Of a stretch of 42,342 nucleotides of DNA, positions 19,003 through 28,323 are shown in pieces. The position numbers and the translations under genes are program-made. The DNA is from Candidatus Eiseniibacteriota bacterium. GTDB taxonomy: Bacteria > Orphanbacterota > Orphanbacteria > Orphanbacterales > Orphanbacteraceae. The stretch spans positions 1 through 42,342 of the forward strand of contig JBDROZ010000073.1 of assembly GCA_043809585.1 (NCBI GenBank). The letters are read 5' to 3'. How positions within the stretch are numbered: the first letter of the stretch is position 1; each line of letters starts with the position of its first letter. The notes beneath the pieces were generated by a model. It did not search any database. It was given only the letters and a program-made list of their open reading frames with translations, and was not told the origin of the DNA.

Positions 19003-19859
19003 GCGATCCCCAAGGCGACGCGGGCGAACTCCCGCTTCTCGTCTTCCCGCTCTCCGACCACCTGGGCGAGGGCCCGGGTTTCGTCCTGAGCGGAGCCCAG
19101 GAGTTCCGAATCGGCGCGCAGGCGCGCCCGTAGGCGGCTGATCGCCTTGGTGTGGATCTGGGAGACCCGGGACTCGGAGACGCCGAGGATCGCCCCGATC
19201 TCCTTCAAGGTCATCTCTTCGTAGTAGTAGAGGATCAGGACGAGGCGCTCACGCTCGGGAATGTGATCGAGCGAGTCGTCGAGGACGCCGCGCATTTTCT
19301 GCACTTCGAGAATGGCGATCGGATCGATCAGACTGCGGTCCGGCACCGTGTCGTGGATCTGGTTCGGCGACTCCTCGTCCCCGCTCGAGCAGGACTCGTT
19401 CAGGGAAAGAAGCGTGGCTCCCCGCACGTCCTCGAGAAGCTGGAAATAGTCGCGCAGGTCGATTTCGAGGGCCTTTGCCAGTTCCTCGTCGTTCGCCGGC
19501 CGTCCGTACCGGCTCTCGATCTTGCAGTGGGCGTCCTCGAGCTGGCGCGCCTTCCGGCGGACCGACCGGGGCACCCAGTCCATGGCGCGGAGTTCGTCGA
19601 GCATCGCGCCCCGGATGCGGGAGATGGCGAATGTGGAGAACTTGTTCTCCATGCTCGGATCGTAGCGCTCCACGGCGCTCATGAGACCGAGCGTTCCCGA
19701 GCCGATCAGATCCTCGATCTGGACCGACGAGGGAAGGCCCACCGCCAGACGACCGGCGACGTACTTCACGAGAGGCATGTACTCGAGAATGAGCCGGTCC
19801 CTCAGCCGCTTCGTACGACGGATCTGAAACTTTCTCCACACCGTTTCGATCGAATCCAT
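18999..19859 (-). CDS. fliA: Sigma-28 family sigma factor FliA/WhiG
   Basis: YMPLVKYVAGRL, RIRGAMLDELRAMDWVPRSVR and GVSESRVSQIH motifs; AGGAGG before ATG 19859. Confidence 0.95.
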   Translation of the reverse strand: MDSIETVWRKFQIRRTKRLRDRLILEYMPLVKYVAGRLAVGLPSSVQIEDLIGSGTLGLMSAVERYDPSMENKFSTFAISRIRGAMLDELRAMDWVPRSVRRKARQLEDAHCKIESRYGRPANDEELAKALEIDLRDYFQLLEDVRGATLLSLNESCSSGDEESPNQIHDTVPDRSLIDPIAILEVQKMRGVLDDSLDHIPERERLVLILYYYEEMTLKEIGAILGVSESRVSQIHTKAISRLRARLRADSELLGSAQDETRALAQVVGEREDEKREFARVALGIA

Positions 19860-20050
19860 GAAACGCCTCCTGCCGCTCAAGACGCGTGCATCCCTGTCGC
19901 TCAACCGGTCGAGGGCTCTTCAAGGGGGGGACATCGTTCGCCCATCGCCGCCGCGTGCCGTCCACCCGCCTCGTGGGTAGGCCTGTGGAGGCCCGACGGG
20001 AGCATCTTCTCCACCTGTTTTCCCGCGTCATCGGGGCGAGACAGGCAAGA

Positions 20051-20065
20051 GCAACGGTCATGCCA
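20051..20065 (-). promoter_or_regulatory. Sigma54 -24/-12 promoter for fliA
   Basis: TGGCATGACCGTTGC(T), near-perfect consensus; AT-rich IHF-like tract at about 20090-20120. Confidence 0.75.
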
Positions 20066-20335
20066 CGGGGTCGGCGCCGAGCGGACGCTTCTAACTAGTT
20101 GTTCTTAATGGAGTTGGAAAGATGGGCCCAGATCGGCTCCCGGAGCCGCGGAGGACCGGGGAAGAGCAACAAGTGAGCAGGAGATCGTTAACTGCCGATT
20201 CGAGAACAAGATGGAGTGAATCTGAATGGTGGTTGATTACTGATCAGTGACCGGTTTCTGATCGTACCCATGGGGATTATCGGGAACGAACAGGCGAGAA
20301 AGAGGAAAAATATTCCCGTCCGTCGTCTTTCCGGA

Positions 20336-21724
20336 CTATCCCGAGGACTTGCGGGCCTCGTACTGGCGGAGCTTCTCCCGGAGGGTCTGGCGCGAGATCC
20401 CGAGGGTCTTCGCCGCCTTCGTCTTGTTCCCCCGGGCCCATTCCACGGTCTTCAGGATCTGAACGCGTTCCGCCTCGGAGAGGGGGATCGGGATGAAGTC
20501 TTCGTCCTTCTCCTCGATCTCGAACGACTCGGTCATTCCCGCCGAGATCTCGAGAGGCAGGTGCTCGAGCAGGATCAGGTCGTCGCTCTCGAGGAGGATC
20601 GCCCGCTCGATCACGTTCCGAAGTTCCCGCACGTTCCCCGGCCAGGAATACTCCTGAAGCCGGGCGCGGGCCGACGGAGATAGCCCGCGAATGTTCTTCG
20701 TCAGCTCCTTGTTGAAAATGTCGATGAAGTAAGTCGCCAGGATCGGGAGGTCCTCCGCCCGCTCCCGGAGGGGCGGGATGTAGATCGGCACCACGTTCAG
20801 CCGGTAATAGAGGTCCTTCCGGAAACGCTTCTCCGCGACCGCCCGCTTCAGGTTCTGGTTCGTCGCGGCGACGATGCGGAGGTCGACTTCGATGTCCTCC
20901 GTCCCCCCCACCCGCTTGAACCGCTTCGTCTCGATCACCCGGAGAAGGCCGGCCTGCAGATCGAGGGGCATCTCCCCGATCTCGTCGAGGAAGAGGGTGC
21001 CCCCCGTCGCCATCTGGACGAGCCCCTTCTTCTGGACCTTCGCGTCCGTGAACGCCCCCTTCTCGTGGCCGAAGAGTTCGCTCTCCAGAAGGTTGGCCGG
21101 CAACGACCCGCAGTTGATCTCCATGAAAGGTCCGGTGCGGTTCGGCGTACCGTGATGGACCGCCTTGGCGATCATCTCCTTGCCCGTACCGCTCTCCCCC
21201 TCGATGAGCACCGTGGACGCGGGGCTCTGGCTCACGCGCTCGACGATGCGGAACACGTCCCGCATCTTCTTGCTCGTGCCGAGAATGAGCCGGTCCGTTT
21301 GCCTGTTGCCGATCACGATCGGTTCGATCCGCTCCGCTTCGTGGCGGATCTCCGAGTCGGCCATCAGGTCCATGATTATGGTCACCAGCTTCTGGGGATT
21401 GATCGGCTTCTCGATCGAGTGGCAGCCGCCCATCCGGGTCGCCTCCGAGGCCGCCTCCGCGGTCTTCCGAGACGAGAGGACGAGAACGAGGGCCCCTTTC
21501 TCCGCCTCGCGAATCCGCCGGAGACACTCGATCCCGGGCATGTCGCGGAGTTCGAGATCGAGGACCACGAGGTCCGTCGGAGTCGCGATGACCGCCTCGA
21601 GTCCTCTCGCGCCTTCGCCCACCTCTTCCACCGCGTATCCGGCTTCGATGAGGGACGATCCGAGGGACCAACGCAGGCGTTTTTCGCCGCCGATCAGTAC
21701 GACGCGGGAAGGCTTCGTTTTCAC
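20336..21724 (-). CDS. Sigma54-dependent activator with atypical receiver (NtrC/FleQ-like)
   Basis: GESGTGKE, GAFTDA, LFLDEIGE, WPGNVRE and HTH; receiver acidic pocket reads LIGGE rather than LVDDE; start may be 21724, 21727 or 21745. Confidence 0.92.
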   Translation of the reverse strand: MKTKPSRVVLIGGEKRLRWSLGSSLIEAGYAVEEVGEGARGLEAVIATPTDLVVLDLELRDMPGIECLRRIREAEKGALVLVLSSRKTAEAASEATRMGGCHSIEKPINPQKLVTIIMDLMADSEIRHEAERIEPIVIGNRQTDRLILGTSKKMRDVFRIVERVSQSPASTVLIEGESGTGKEMIAKAVHHGTPNRTGPFMEINCGSLPANLLESELFGHEKGAFTDAKVQKKGLVQMATGGTLFLDEIGEMPLDLQAGLLRVIETKRFKRVGGTEDIEVDLRIVAATNQNLKRAVAEKRFRKDLYYRLNVVPIYIPPLRERAEDLPILATYFIDIFNKELTKNIRGLSPSARARLQEYSWPGNVRELRNVIERAILLESDDLILLEHLPLEISAGMTESFEIEEKDEDFIPIPLSEAERVQILKTVEWARGNKTKAAKTLGISRQTLREKLRQYEARKSSG

Positions 21725-21741
21725 CAAGAACCCTCCTCGGC

Positions 21742-22398
21742 TCAAGGGTTGCGGACGTCCGGCGGGGGGGCCGCCTCGTCCGGCGCACGGAGCAGTGTGT
21801 TCAAGAGGCGCTCCCGAACCGACCGGTCGAGGACGTCGATACGGAGGGTGACGGCGTAACGCTTCGGGTGTTCGGGGTCCCGGGTGACCCGGGCTACCCG
21901 GCCTTCCACGGGGAACGTCCCCCCCTCCGGATCCTCCAGCTCGACGACGAGGTCGGTGCCCAAGTCGAAGGGCTCCGGCACCCGGCGAAGCTGGATTGTC
22001 CCCTCTCCGTTCCGCTCCGGCGGATCGGCGCGGCGGAGGGTCCGCTCGGCGCGCACCTCGTACTTCGATTCAATCTCCGCGAGCACGATGGCCCGGGCGG
22101 TGCGTTCCACGGGCGTCAGGTCTGCCGGCCGCCGGATCACGAGATACGGCGACGAATCCTTGAAGTGCTCGGCCAGCTTGGAGGATCCGAGGTGAGGTTC
22201 GCCCTTCCAGTAGGTGCGAAGCGTGATCCCGGTCCCCTTGAGCAGGTCGACAAAGCGGAGCGGATCGAACCCGGGCACGTGGAGCACCAGATTGCGCTCG
22301 TCCGCCTGGCTCACCTGGGCCCGGTAGATCTTGTTGTCGATCCGCTCGCCGATGGAGATTTCCATGATCTGGCCGGCGAGGAAAGGACCACGATTCAT
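21742..22398 (-). CDS. YcgR/flagellar-brake-like protein with degenerate PilZ domain
   Basis: N-terminal PilZN-like pattern (IYRAQV..LVLHVP..PYLVIRRP) and C-terminal VEGRVARV..RERLLNTL; RxxxR and DxSxxG absent. Confidence 0.6.
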   Translation of the reverse strand: MNRGPFLAGQIMEISIGERIDNKIYRAQVSQADERNLVLHVPGFDPLRFVDLLKGTGITLRTYWKGEPHLGSSKLAEHFKDSSPYLVIRRPADLTPVERTARAIVLAEIESKYEVRAERTLRRADPPERNGEGTIQLRRVPEPFDLGTDLVVELEDPEGGTFPVEGRVARVTRDPEHPKRYAVTLRIDVLDRSVRERLLNTLLRAPDEAAPPPDVRNP

Positions 22399-22511
22399 CG
22401 ACCACCCGACCCCGGTGAGAGAGAACTCCTGGCTTGTATTGTAGGTTCGGAATGCCTTCCGGTCAAAGGGTTTCTCCGCTCGGAGGACCCAAGAACCGTC
22501 CCCCGGTGGAG

Positions 22512-22694
22512 TTACGGCGTCCGGCGCGGTCCGTGCCCGAGGAAGGCCTCGAGGAGGGCCTCGACGATTTCCGCTTTCACTTCGGGACGGTCGTAGTAGC
22601 CCTTCTCGATCCGGCGCCGGATCCGTTGGATGCGCCAGAGCGATGCGCGCAGGTTCTCGTCTCGCTCCGTCCGGCCTGTCGTTTCTTCCGCCAT
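22512..22694 (-). CDS. flgM: FlgM-like anti-sigma28 factor (short)
   Basis: RIQRIRRRIEKGYYDRPEVKAEIVEALL matches the FlgM C-terminal pattern; in cluster with fliA. Confidence 0.6.
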   Translation of the reverse strand: MAEETTGRTERDENLRASLWRIQRIRRRIEKGYYDRPEVKAEIVEALLEAFLGHGPRRTP

Positions 22695-22869
22695 GATGTG
22701 GTTCCTCGGGCCGAGCGGACGGGGACGGGGCCCCACCGCTGCCGCCCGCCCGTTCCGGTGAGAACGGGCGTTCCTGGGCCATGCCTCGGGAAGAGAAGCA
22801 GGCATACGCGGGGGCAAACCCCCGCTCAAAGAATCGACCGAAGGGGGTAAGCCTTGAGGAGGCGGGGTC

Positions 22870-23319
22870 TCAGGCCTCGCGGGCGTTGCAGAGGCGCAGA
22901 ACGGCGTCCATCCGGCCCTGGAGGAGCTTGCTGTCGGGCCGGCGGGCGAGGGCCATGCCGTAGGCGTCGGCGGCGGACCAAACGAAGCCCTGCCGGAGGA
23001 GCAGGTCTCCCATGCGGGCATAGCCCCGGGGGCTGTTCGGCCGGAGGTGCTGGTAGTGCTCGTAGAAGCGCATCGCCTCTTCGAAGCGTTCCCGGATGGC
23101 GAAGAGATCGGCGGCGCGCAGGAGGAGCGACGGCTGGGCCGGCTCCATCTCCAGGCTGGAGAGGAGGCACTCGATTGCCTCGTCGATCCGGCCTTGGAGG
23201 AAGAGGCATTTGCCGAGACGGGCGAGCAGGCCGGGGGATCGGGGGAACTGCTCGAGAGCCTCCCGAAAACGTTCCTCCGCCGTGAGATATTCCTGCCGGA
23301 TCTCTTCGCCGGGCGTCAT
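22870..23319 (-). CDS. TPR repeat protein
   Basis: Repeated TPR pattern (LG..L..QGRIDEA, YARMGDLL..QG...A..AY..AL...P). Confidence 0.8.
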   Translation of the reverse strand: MTPGEEIRQEYLTAEERFREALEQFPRSPGLLARLGKCLFLQGRIDEAIECLLSSLEMEPAQPSLLLRAADLFAIRERFEEAMRFYEHYQHLRPNSPRGYARMGDLLLRQGFVWSAADAYGMALARRPDSKLLQGRMDAVLRLCNAREA

Positions 23320-23332
23320 GGCCGCTCTCCCC

Positions 23333-23584
23333 TCAATCCTCTTCCTCGATCGCCTCGAACAGGTCTTCCACGCCGGGAATCCGGGAGAGCGTCGCCTTGT
23401 GGTTCTCCGCGGCGACCGCCTCGACCAGCTCCCGGGGCGCGACGGTCACGGAGCCCGGAACCCAGCAACGAAGCCGGACACGGCCGCCCTTCATCGACTC
23501 GACGAGCACCTCGATGGAGTCGCCGATCAGAAAGCTCTCCCCCGCCCGGCGCTCCACGGTCTTCTCGCGGCATGTGCGGCTCAT
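23333..23584 (-). CDS. csrA: Divergent CsrA-family protein with C-terminal extension
   Basis: RRAGESFLIGDSIEVLV..GGRVRL..P..V.V..RELVEAVAAEN; ATGA-coupled to fliW. Confidence 0.8.
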   Translation of the reverse strand: MSRTCREKTVERRAGESFLIGDSIEVLVESMKGGRVRLRCWVPGSVTVAPRELVEAVAAENHKATLSRIPGVEDLFEAIEEED

Positions 23585-24018
23585 GTCATCACCGTTTCCG
23601 CTTCCTGCCGCCGCCACTCCTCGAGAAGAGAAGCCCGCACCGAGAGACGCTCGTCTTCGAGAATGACCTGGGCCCCCACGCCGCTCTCGATGTTCACGAG
23701 CAGAGGGGCACGGAAATCCACGGTGATTTCCCGGGGATCGTCGGGCACCGTGGCGACCACGAAGACCCGGGCGTGTGCCCGGTCTTCGATCTCGAGCTCC
23801 TCCAGGAGATCGGGGGCGAGACGCACTTCGTAATCGGGAAGAATGACCATCGGCTCCAGGAGAGAGAACCGGATCTGGTCCCGCTCCTCGCTTTGAAGCA
23901 GATGAAAGGGATTCTCCTCGCCCCGCCCGATCAACCGGTACCGGGTCAGTCCGGGGAATCCGATCATGCCGTGAGGGATCCAGACCGCCGTCCCCTCTCG
24001 TTTCTTTGTTCGGGTCAT
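23581..24018 (-). CDS. fliW: Flagellar assembly factor FliW
   Basis: GMIGFP, PFHLLQS, P..ILPDYE, APLLVN and QVILED motifs; AAGGAGGT RBS. Confidence 0.9.
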   Translation of the reverse strand: MTRTKKREGTAVWIPHGMIGFPGLTRYRLIGRGEENPFHLLQSEERDQIRFSLLEPMVILPDYEVRLAPDLLEELEIEDRAHARVFVVATVPDDPREITVDFRAPLLVNIESGVGAQVILEDERLSVRASLLEEWRRQEAETVMT

Positions 24019-24047
24019 GGACCGTGCACCTCCTTCCGGGTCCTACT

Positions 24048-24062
24048 GCATGGCCCATGCCA
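24048..24062 (-). promoter_or_regulatory. Putative sigma54 -24/-12 promoter for the fliW operon
   Basis: TGGCATGGGCCATGC(A), GG-N10-GC; the predicted start falls just before the fliW RBS. Confidence 0.6.
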
Positions 24063-24476
24063 CCCCTCCCGGGGGCGCCTCGACGATGGCCTCCCTGACC
24101 CAATCCTCTGCGGGTGAAGCGGATCACGTAAAAACGGAGAGAAGCGCGCCGTGCGGCCGGCCCCCGGGCCTGCGGTCGAATCCTGATCACCGCACCGGAA
24201 TGTACCGCGGAGGCCGTCTACCTTTTGGTCGCCGGGAAGGAGAGCGGAGAGCAGACCATGGTGGGGTAAGCGCCTCGTGCCCGGGAGGGGAAGCCTTCTC
24301 CCCCTCGCGTCCTCGGTGATCCTCGCGGTTTCAATCAGGGGACGGAAAAAGCCACAGGGGCAACGGAGAGCACGAAGAAAGGGAAATCAGGCGCGGTTGC
24401 CGATGACTCGGCGGGGGAGCTCTGAGAAGGGGGAGGGCCCCAAATCGGGGGCCTCCCATCCCCGGCCGTCCTCCTC

Positions 24477-25337
24477 TTACGACGCCAAGTAGCTCTTGAG
24501 GGCGGTACCGTCCGCCGACCGCAGGCGCCGGATCGCCTGATCCTTGATCTGACGGATCCGCTCGCGGGAGAGGTTCATCCGCTTTCCGATCTGCTCGAGA
24601 GTCTGCTTCTCCGGCGAATCGAACCCGAAGTAGGAGCGGAGAACCTGGGCCTCTCTCGGATTCAGAGAACGGAGGGCGCGGTTCACATCCCGCTGCATCC
24701 GGCTCTCGATCAGATCGTGGTCGGGAGCGGGCGAGAGCTTGTCCTCGAGGAAGTCGCGAAGGGAAGACTCGCCGTCCGGTCCGGACTCGGGGGCGTCGAG
24801 CGAACGGGCGATGGACGCCGCGTTCATGGTCTCCCGGATTTCCTCCTCCGAGAGGGCGATCCCCTCGGCGACCTCCGAGTCGCTCGGCTCCCTCCCGAAG
24901 ACCTGGCGGAGCCGCTCAGTTTCCCTCAAGATCTTCTGCACCGTGCCCGACCGACCGAGGGGGAGCCGCACGAGCCGCGCCTGCTCGGCGAGCGCCTTCA
25001 AGATCGACTGCTTGATCCACCAGACTCCGTAGGAGATGAACCGGTTTCCCCTCCGCTCGTCGAACCGCCGGGCCGCTTCCAGGAGCCCCAAGTTCGCTTC
25101 GTCGATCAGGTCGGAGAATGACAGCCCCTGATTGCGGTATTTCTTCGCCATGGAGACGGCGAATCGGAGATTGGCCCGAACGAGGGCATCCCTGGCCTCC
25201 TCGTCTCCTTCCCGGCTCCGCCGCGCGAGACCGACCTCCTCCTCACGGCTGAGCAGAGGAGTCTTCGCGATCTCCCGCAAGTAGTGCCTGAGGGACGAGT
25301 CGTCCCTTCCGTCTCCCACTGTGTCCCGATATCCCAT
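24477..25337 (-). CDS. RpoD/SigA-family sigma factor, short form lacking region 1.1
   Basis: SLRHYLREI, ANLRFAVSMAKKY, FISYGVWWIKQSILKALAEQARLVRLP (Bacteroidota-type signature) and SRERIRQI. Confidence 0.9.
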   Translation of the reverse strand: MGYRDTVGDGRDDSSLRHYLREIAKTPLLSREEEVGLARRSREGDEEARDALVRANLRFAVSMAKKYRNQGLSFSDLIDEANLGLLEAARRFDERRGNRFISYGVWWIKQSILKALAEQARLVRLPLGRSGTVQKILRETERLRQVFGREPSDSEVAEGIALSEEEIRETMNAASIARSLDAPESGPDGESSLRDFLEDKLSPAPDHDLIESRMQRDVNRALRSLNPREAQVLRSYFGFDSPEKQTLEQIGKRMNLSRERIRQIKDQAIRRLRSADGTALKSYLAS

Positions 25338-25603
25338 AACCTGCTCCCATCTCTCGAAAGAACCTGATCTCCTCCGATTTCGAAGGAAACCAATGGATAT
25401 CTCTCCTTATTCAAATCCCGTACCAAAGGAGCCCGCCGGACTCGATTTCTTATCTCGCTCTTCTACAACTGGTTACACTTCAGGTGAGAGAACGTTCCGC
25501 GAGTGCCGGTGACCAAGGCGCAGTCGTTTCCTGCCTGATTGGCAGAAATCGCCGATTCGGCGGGTCGAAGGTGCCGGTAGAATCACCTTGCGAAGCGGTT
25601 CGG

Positions 25604-25993
25604 TCAGCCCATCGCCTTCTCGGCGAGGAAGTCCAGGTAGCGCTGCAAGAGGTTCTTCTCTTCGTCCTCGAGGGGAAGGAACGAGCACCCGATCTGGTAC
25701 CCGTCGATGCCCGGGATCTCCGCCTCCGGGTCGGTCCAGACGACGACCATATCGACCTCGAGGATCTCCTCGTTGATCTCGCCGCCGTTTCCCTCGGCGG
25801 GCAACGGTAGGATCAGGGTCGCCCGGAGTTTCGTCATCATCGGGATGAAACGGGGTACCCGGCAGTAGATGCCGCCCATGCTGATATTCAGGCCCTCTGT
25901 GGCGAAGGGCTCCGCCCGCTCGTCGGGGCCGAGCTGCAGCGAGAAACGCGTATCATGGCGGTGGTGTCTTCTTCGATCATCGTGGGACGCCAT
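25604..25993 (-). CDS. Stand-alone PilZ-domain c-di-GMP receptor
   Basis: RRHHR (RxxxR) and NISMGG motifs intact; GGAGGTG RBS. Confidence 0.85.
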   Translation of the reverse strand: MASHDDRRRHHRHDTRFSLQLGPDERAEPFATEGLNISMGGIYCRVPRFIPMMTKLRATLILPLPAEGNGGEINEEILEVDMVVVWTDPEAEIPGIDGYQIGCSFLPLEDEEKNLLQRYLDFLAEKAMG

Positions 25994-26150
25994 TTTCACC
26001 TCCCCCTCTCGGGTACGGCCGTATACTGCCATGGATCGGCCAAGAGGTCCACGACCTTCAACGCTCTTGCGCTCTTGACCAGATACCCCATTCCCTAAAG
26101 TATCCCCGTCACCCCGATATCAGAGCAACGAGGAAATAGGGTATCTGGCC

Positions 26151-26183
26151 AAAAAGAGCGGGGCCCCCGAAGAAGCCCCGCTC
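26151..26183 (-). terminator. Intrinsic terminator
   Basis: GAGCGGGG/CCCCGCTC stem followed by T5 on the minus strand. Confidence 0.65.
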
Positions 26184-26211
26184 CCGAAAAATCGAATGAA
26201 CCGCCCGGGCT

Positions 26212-26847
26212 CTAGCCGGCGCGGACGCCGAGGGCGTCGGCGCTGATCAGGCACTCGCCGCTCTCGGTGGTGAGCAGACAGCTCGTGGCGCCCGACCTTG
26301 CCCAGGACTGCCACTTCTGGTAGACGTTCTTCGCCGCTTCGCCGTTCACGTCCATGTAGAGACCGTCCTTCGCCTCGTGAATCTCGCCCTTCATCCGGTG
26401 CTCGGTATTGAGCACGGTGGCGCTCTTCTCGAGGAAGTTTCGGCCCGACGTCTTGCAGCCGACGGTGACGACGCGGAAACCGCCGTCGGTCGGAATGAGC
26501 TGGACCGTCCCGAGAACCTTGCCGGTCTTCGAGCAGGTCATGGCCTGGCAGGAGGCGGAAGCCGCGGAGGTGCACAAGGAGCCGGCGGCCTGCTGCATCA
26601 CGCCCTTGCCGGCGCAGCCCGAAGAGGTCTGCTGCACGGCGCCCTTCGAAGCGCAGCACGGCTTCGTGCAATTCGCGGAGCAGGAGGCCGAGGCCTGCTG
26701 CGCTACGCCCTTCGACGCACAACCGGAGGAAGAGGCCTTCTGAACTCCGGTCTTGTTCCCATCGCAGGCGTCGGCGACCGAAGTCACTCCGGCGACAAGG
26801 AACGTCATGCAGAACGCGACCACAGCGATACGTCCTAGATGCTTCAT
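26212..26847 (-). CDS. Secreted Cys-rich repeat protein, hypothetical
   Basis: Signal peptide ending ADA; three CAxKGxxQQ repeats; GAGGAG RBS. Confidence 0.75.
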   Translation of the reverse strand: MKHLGRIAVVAFCMTFLVAGVTSVADACDGNKTGVQKASSSGCASKGVAQQASASCSANCTKPCCASKGAVQQTSSGCAGKGVMQQAAGSLCTSAASASCQAMTCSKTGKVLGTVQLIPTDGGFRVVTVGCKTSGRNFLEKSATVLNTEHRMKGEIHEAKDGLYMDVNGEAAKNVYQKWQSWARSGATSCLLTTESGECLISADALGVRAG

Positions 26848-27024
26848 CGAGGTCTTCTCCTCACTTGCCAGGGTTTCACTTTCAGCGGCGCTCCGGGTCC
26901 TCCCGGCCACCGCCGACTGTCGATCTCGCCAGATACTTAACTATAGTAAACCGTTCTGGCCGAGTCAACCGTGCTCCGTCGGGGGGATACGGGTTCTTGC
27001 ACCCTCTGAGCCGGTCGGGGTTCC

Positions 27025-28044
27025 CTATCGCGACTTGGTTTTTCGCCCACCCGAAGACGGGGACCCGCTCCCCCGGGAGGGGGCGGCTCGTGAGCTACCG
27101 GAAGAGCGGCTCGGCGCCGGCCGGGAAACGCTCGAATTGCCGCTCCGGCCCCGCGGCGCCGACCGGACCTCGCTCTGGGTCTGCGGCGCCCGGCGGGTCG
27201 TGACCGTCGACTTGGAGCCTTCCGAACCGCGGGACCGAGCCGTGGAGACGGTCGATCCCCTGGCAGTCGCGCTCCCGGGACGGCCGTAGGTCTTTCGGGT
27301 CGAGGTTCGCGAAGGGGTCCGGACTTCGCTCTTCGATCGGGTTTGGTAGGCGCGGGTCCCGGAGACGGCGGCGGTCGTCGTCCCCCGCTTCACGGTCTTC
27401 TTCTTCCACGTTCCGGCGCGGGAGGCGACCCCGTCGTGATAGGAGGAGTCGTGGTAGTAGTGGCTGGTGTAGTGGTGGCCGTGATGGTGGTGGCCCCCCC
27501 AGCCGGCGTAATGGTAACCGTACCAGCGGTATGGATTCCAGCGCCACGAGAGGTACCAGTTGGAATGCCATCTCGGGTAGTAGTTGTACGACACGTAGAA
27601 GGGCGTGTCCCACCACCACGGGTCCCAGTACCAAGGATCGTAGTCGACGTAGACGTAGCGAACGTTCGGCACCGACCAGGGGACCATGCGGACGTCTACG
27701 TAGGTCGGGCTCTCGTAACGGTAGAATCCGAGATGAGCCGGAACGGCGACTTCCGCCGCCTCCTCCGCATCCGCCACTTCCATCATGGACCCGTCGCCGC
27801 CGCCGGAGAGGATCATCGCCTCGAGGATTCGCTCGCTCACCCCCATCTCCTCCAGTTCAAGAATGTCGTCGGTGGTGAGCGCAAAATCGGACCCGCTCGT
27901 CTCGATCTGGGCGACAATCAGGCGCTCGCTGACGCCCGCCTCGATCAAGGCGAGAACATCCTCCCTGTCCATATGGGTGCCGCCGAACGCGATGGCCGGC
28001 GCGAGAAGGATCATGATCAGTGCGAACCCCGGTCGGCGCCTCAT
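27025..28044 (-). CDS. Secreted protein: small helical domain, Tyr/Trp/His-rich region and Ser/Arg-rich tail
   Basis: Signal peptide; duplicated L..AGVSE.I motif; low-complexity segments. Confidence 0.75.
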   Translation of the reverse strand: MRRRPGFALIMILLAPAIAFGGTHMDREDVLALIEAGVSERLIVAQIETSGSDFALTTDDILELEEMGVSERILEAMILSGGGDGSMMEVADAEEAAEVAVPAHLGFYRYESPTYVDVRMVPWSVPNVRYVYVDYDPWYWDPWWWDTPFYVSYNYYPRWHSNWYLSWRWNPYRWYGYHYAGWGGHHHHGHHYTSHYYHDSSYHDGVASRAGTWKKKTVKRGTTTAAVSGTRAYQTRSKSEVRTPSRTSTRKTYGRPGSATARGSTVSTARSRGSEGSKSTVTTRRAPQTQSEVRSAPRGRSGNSSVSRPAPSRSSGSSRAAPSRGSGSPSSGGRKTKSR

Positions 28045-28323
28045 GGCGATTCCTTTCGAAAGGGGTAGGAACCTCTGTCTCTTACTAAGGTTAACCGATT
28101 CTCTCCATTCTGACAACCCGCCGGATGCATTCGGGTTCCCCTCCCCCCCGTCCGGCCCGGGCGGGGGGGAGGCGATTCCGCCGGGGGGGGCTGTGATTTC
28201 CTTTGAACGGAACCGGCATCTCGTGATATTTATTCAAGTTGGTGGATGGGCACCAACCCTCCCGAAATCATGACGATGCGTCCTTTTGCCGTCTTCCCCG
28301 CATCCCGGGAAAGGAGTCCGAAT

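Noticed and set aside
26096-26120. Sigma28 promoter TAAA..CCCGATAT
   Set aside because: Spacer is 13 nt rather than about 15, and it points at no + strand gene
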